DNA from: Bacteroidia bacterium
Lineage (GTDB): Bacteria; Bacteroidota; Bacteroidia; NS11-12g; UBA955
Reading direction: 5' to 3'
Assembly (NCBI GenBank): GCA_036405075.1
Contig: DASWYG010000025.1
Coordinates: 1 to 43,905 of the forward strand
DNA: 43,905 nucleotides
Below the pieces are notes generated by a model. That model was given only the letters and a program-made list of their open reading frames with translations. It was not told where the DNA came from and made no database searches. The translations under genes and the position numbers were made by a program. Below, piece by piece: positions 43,233 through 43,905 of the stretch; the stretch's first letter is position 1, and each line of letters opens with the position of its first letter.

Positions 43233-43877
43233 ATGAAAAATTTACAAAATGACGGACAAACCTTAAAACAGTGGCTTAGAACAAACGGCTACGATGTTTC
43301 ATGGTTAGCGGAAAAGCTAGGGATCACGACCCAATCCGTCTATGAACAACTAAGAAAACAAAATATTGGTGACATTTTTAAAGCAAAACTTGTAAGGGCC
43401 AACCTTACTGTTTTTACAAACGAAAACAATATTGCAGCGAATTCACCCGTTAAATCAGTCCAATCAACAAAACTTAATCTTATGATAGTTCCTTTAAAAG
43501 CCTATGGAGGATTTCTCACAGGCTACGCAAACCGTGTTTTTCTCGATTCTCTTGAATATTCAGAGTTTCCGTTTATAAAAGGCCAGTGTTATGCATTTGA
43601 AGTCGACGGCTTCTCTATGTACAATCCTGGTGATGAGAATTCAGTCAAACCCAGTGATTATGTTGTATGCACCGAAATACCCGGACCGGACTGGCTCAAT
43701 AAGGGTAAAATTTATGTCTTTCAAACTATCGATGGAATTATAATTAAAGAATTTAAAGCCATAGAGGATGGCAATTTCATTTTAAGATCATTGAATCCAG
43801 AGTATAAAGATATCCCTCCTATACCCGTTAAATCGGTCAAAAAAATCTATTATAAAGAATACATCATTAAAAAATAA
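43233..43877 (+). CDS. CI/LexA-like repressor with an S24 autopeptidase domain
   Basis: N-terminal HTH (VSWLAEKLGITTQSVYEQLRK). The C-terminal VDGFSMYNPGD...IIIKEFK fits the Ser/Lys dyad of S24 peptidases. The track start at 43221 is TTG, with an ATG at 43233. Confidence 0.8.
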   Translation: MKNLQNDGQTLKQWLRTNGYDVSWLAEKLGITTQSVYEQLRKQNIGDIFKAKLVRANLTVFTNENNIAANSPVKSVQSTKLNLMIVPLKAYGGFLTGYANRVFLDSLEYSEFPFIKGQCYAFEVDGFSMYNPGDENSVKPSDYVVCTEIPGPDWLNKGKIYVFQTIDGIIIKEFKAIEDGNFILRSLNPEYKDIPPIPVKSVKKIYYKEYIIKK

Positions 43878-43881
43878 ATAC

Positions 43882-43905
43882 ATGAAAACATTACAAAACA
43901 TTAAT
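43882..43905 (+). other. Start of a further plus-strand ORF, cut off by the window edge
   Basis: ATGAAAACATTACAAAACATTAAT begins 4 nt after the repressor stop. Confidence 0.3.

Noticed and set aside
1-43905. CRISPR arrays, a reverse transcriptase (retron or DGR), toxin-antitoxin pairs and known defence operons.
   Set aside because: No regularly spaced repeat array was seen, no YxDD-type polymerase motif was found, and no recognisable defence enzyme domains were found in any ORF. The repeats that are present are iterons, operators, junction repeats and promoter-like elements.

Overview
The window reads as one nearly complete temperate siphovirus-type (pro)phage, about 44 kb, and the host is most likely a member of the Bacteroidetes. 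Three things point to that host: octamers like the Bacteroidetes -7 box TAnnTTTG, secretion signals cleaved before Gln, and no obvious Shine-Dalgarno sequences. Almost every gene is on the minus strand, and neighbours are mostly joined by ATGA or TAATG stop/start overlaps.

Read along the minus strand from right to left, the layout is:
- Immunity switch (43.1-43.9 kb): a plus-strand CI/LexA-like S24 repressor facing a Cro-like gene, with two AAGGA-N3-TCCTT palindromes between them.
- Early recombination and replication module (35.4-42.9 kb): an SSB-like protein with a DDLPF tail, a Dam-type N6-adenine methyltransferase, a Rad52/Sak-like annealase, a YqaJ exonuclease, a DnaQ-like exonuclease, an HNH/NinG-like protein, a DUF1376 initiator carrying internal iterons, and a DnaA-domain-IV-like protein.
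- A block of small accessory ORFs (30.5-35 kb) containing repeated gene junctions.
- A tail-fibre cassette in an unusual position (27.3-30.4 kb).
- terS, five small ORFs, then terL.
- A roughly 0.7 kb island with little or no coding sequence that carries a tRNA-Cys.
- Portal, scaffold, major capsid, major tail, tape measure and distal tail genes.
- Holin-like genes, an M15 endolysin, and three extra late genes, one encoding a 715-aa secreted beta-propeller.
- A terminator near position 150.

No integrase, excisionase, CRISPR array, reverse transcriptase or known defence operon is visible in the window.

The most interesting signals are:
- A 46-nt bipartite promoter-like element present three times.
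- The tRNA island, which has its own copy of that element and its own terminator.
- A 50-nt tRNA-like minihelix in the early operon.
- A 29-nt gene junction repeated three times, apparently shuffling a paralogous gene family.
- A late gene cluster that carries secretion signals.

All functional calls rest on motifs read by eye and on gene order. No database search was run.
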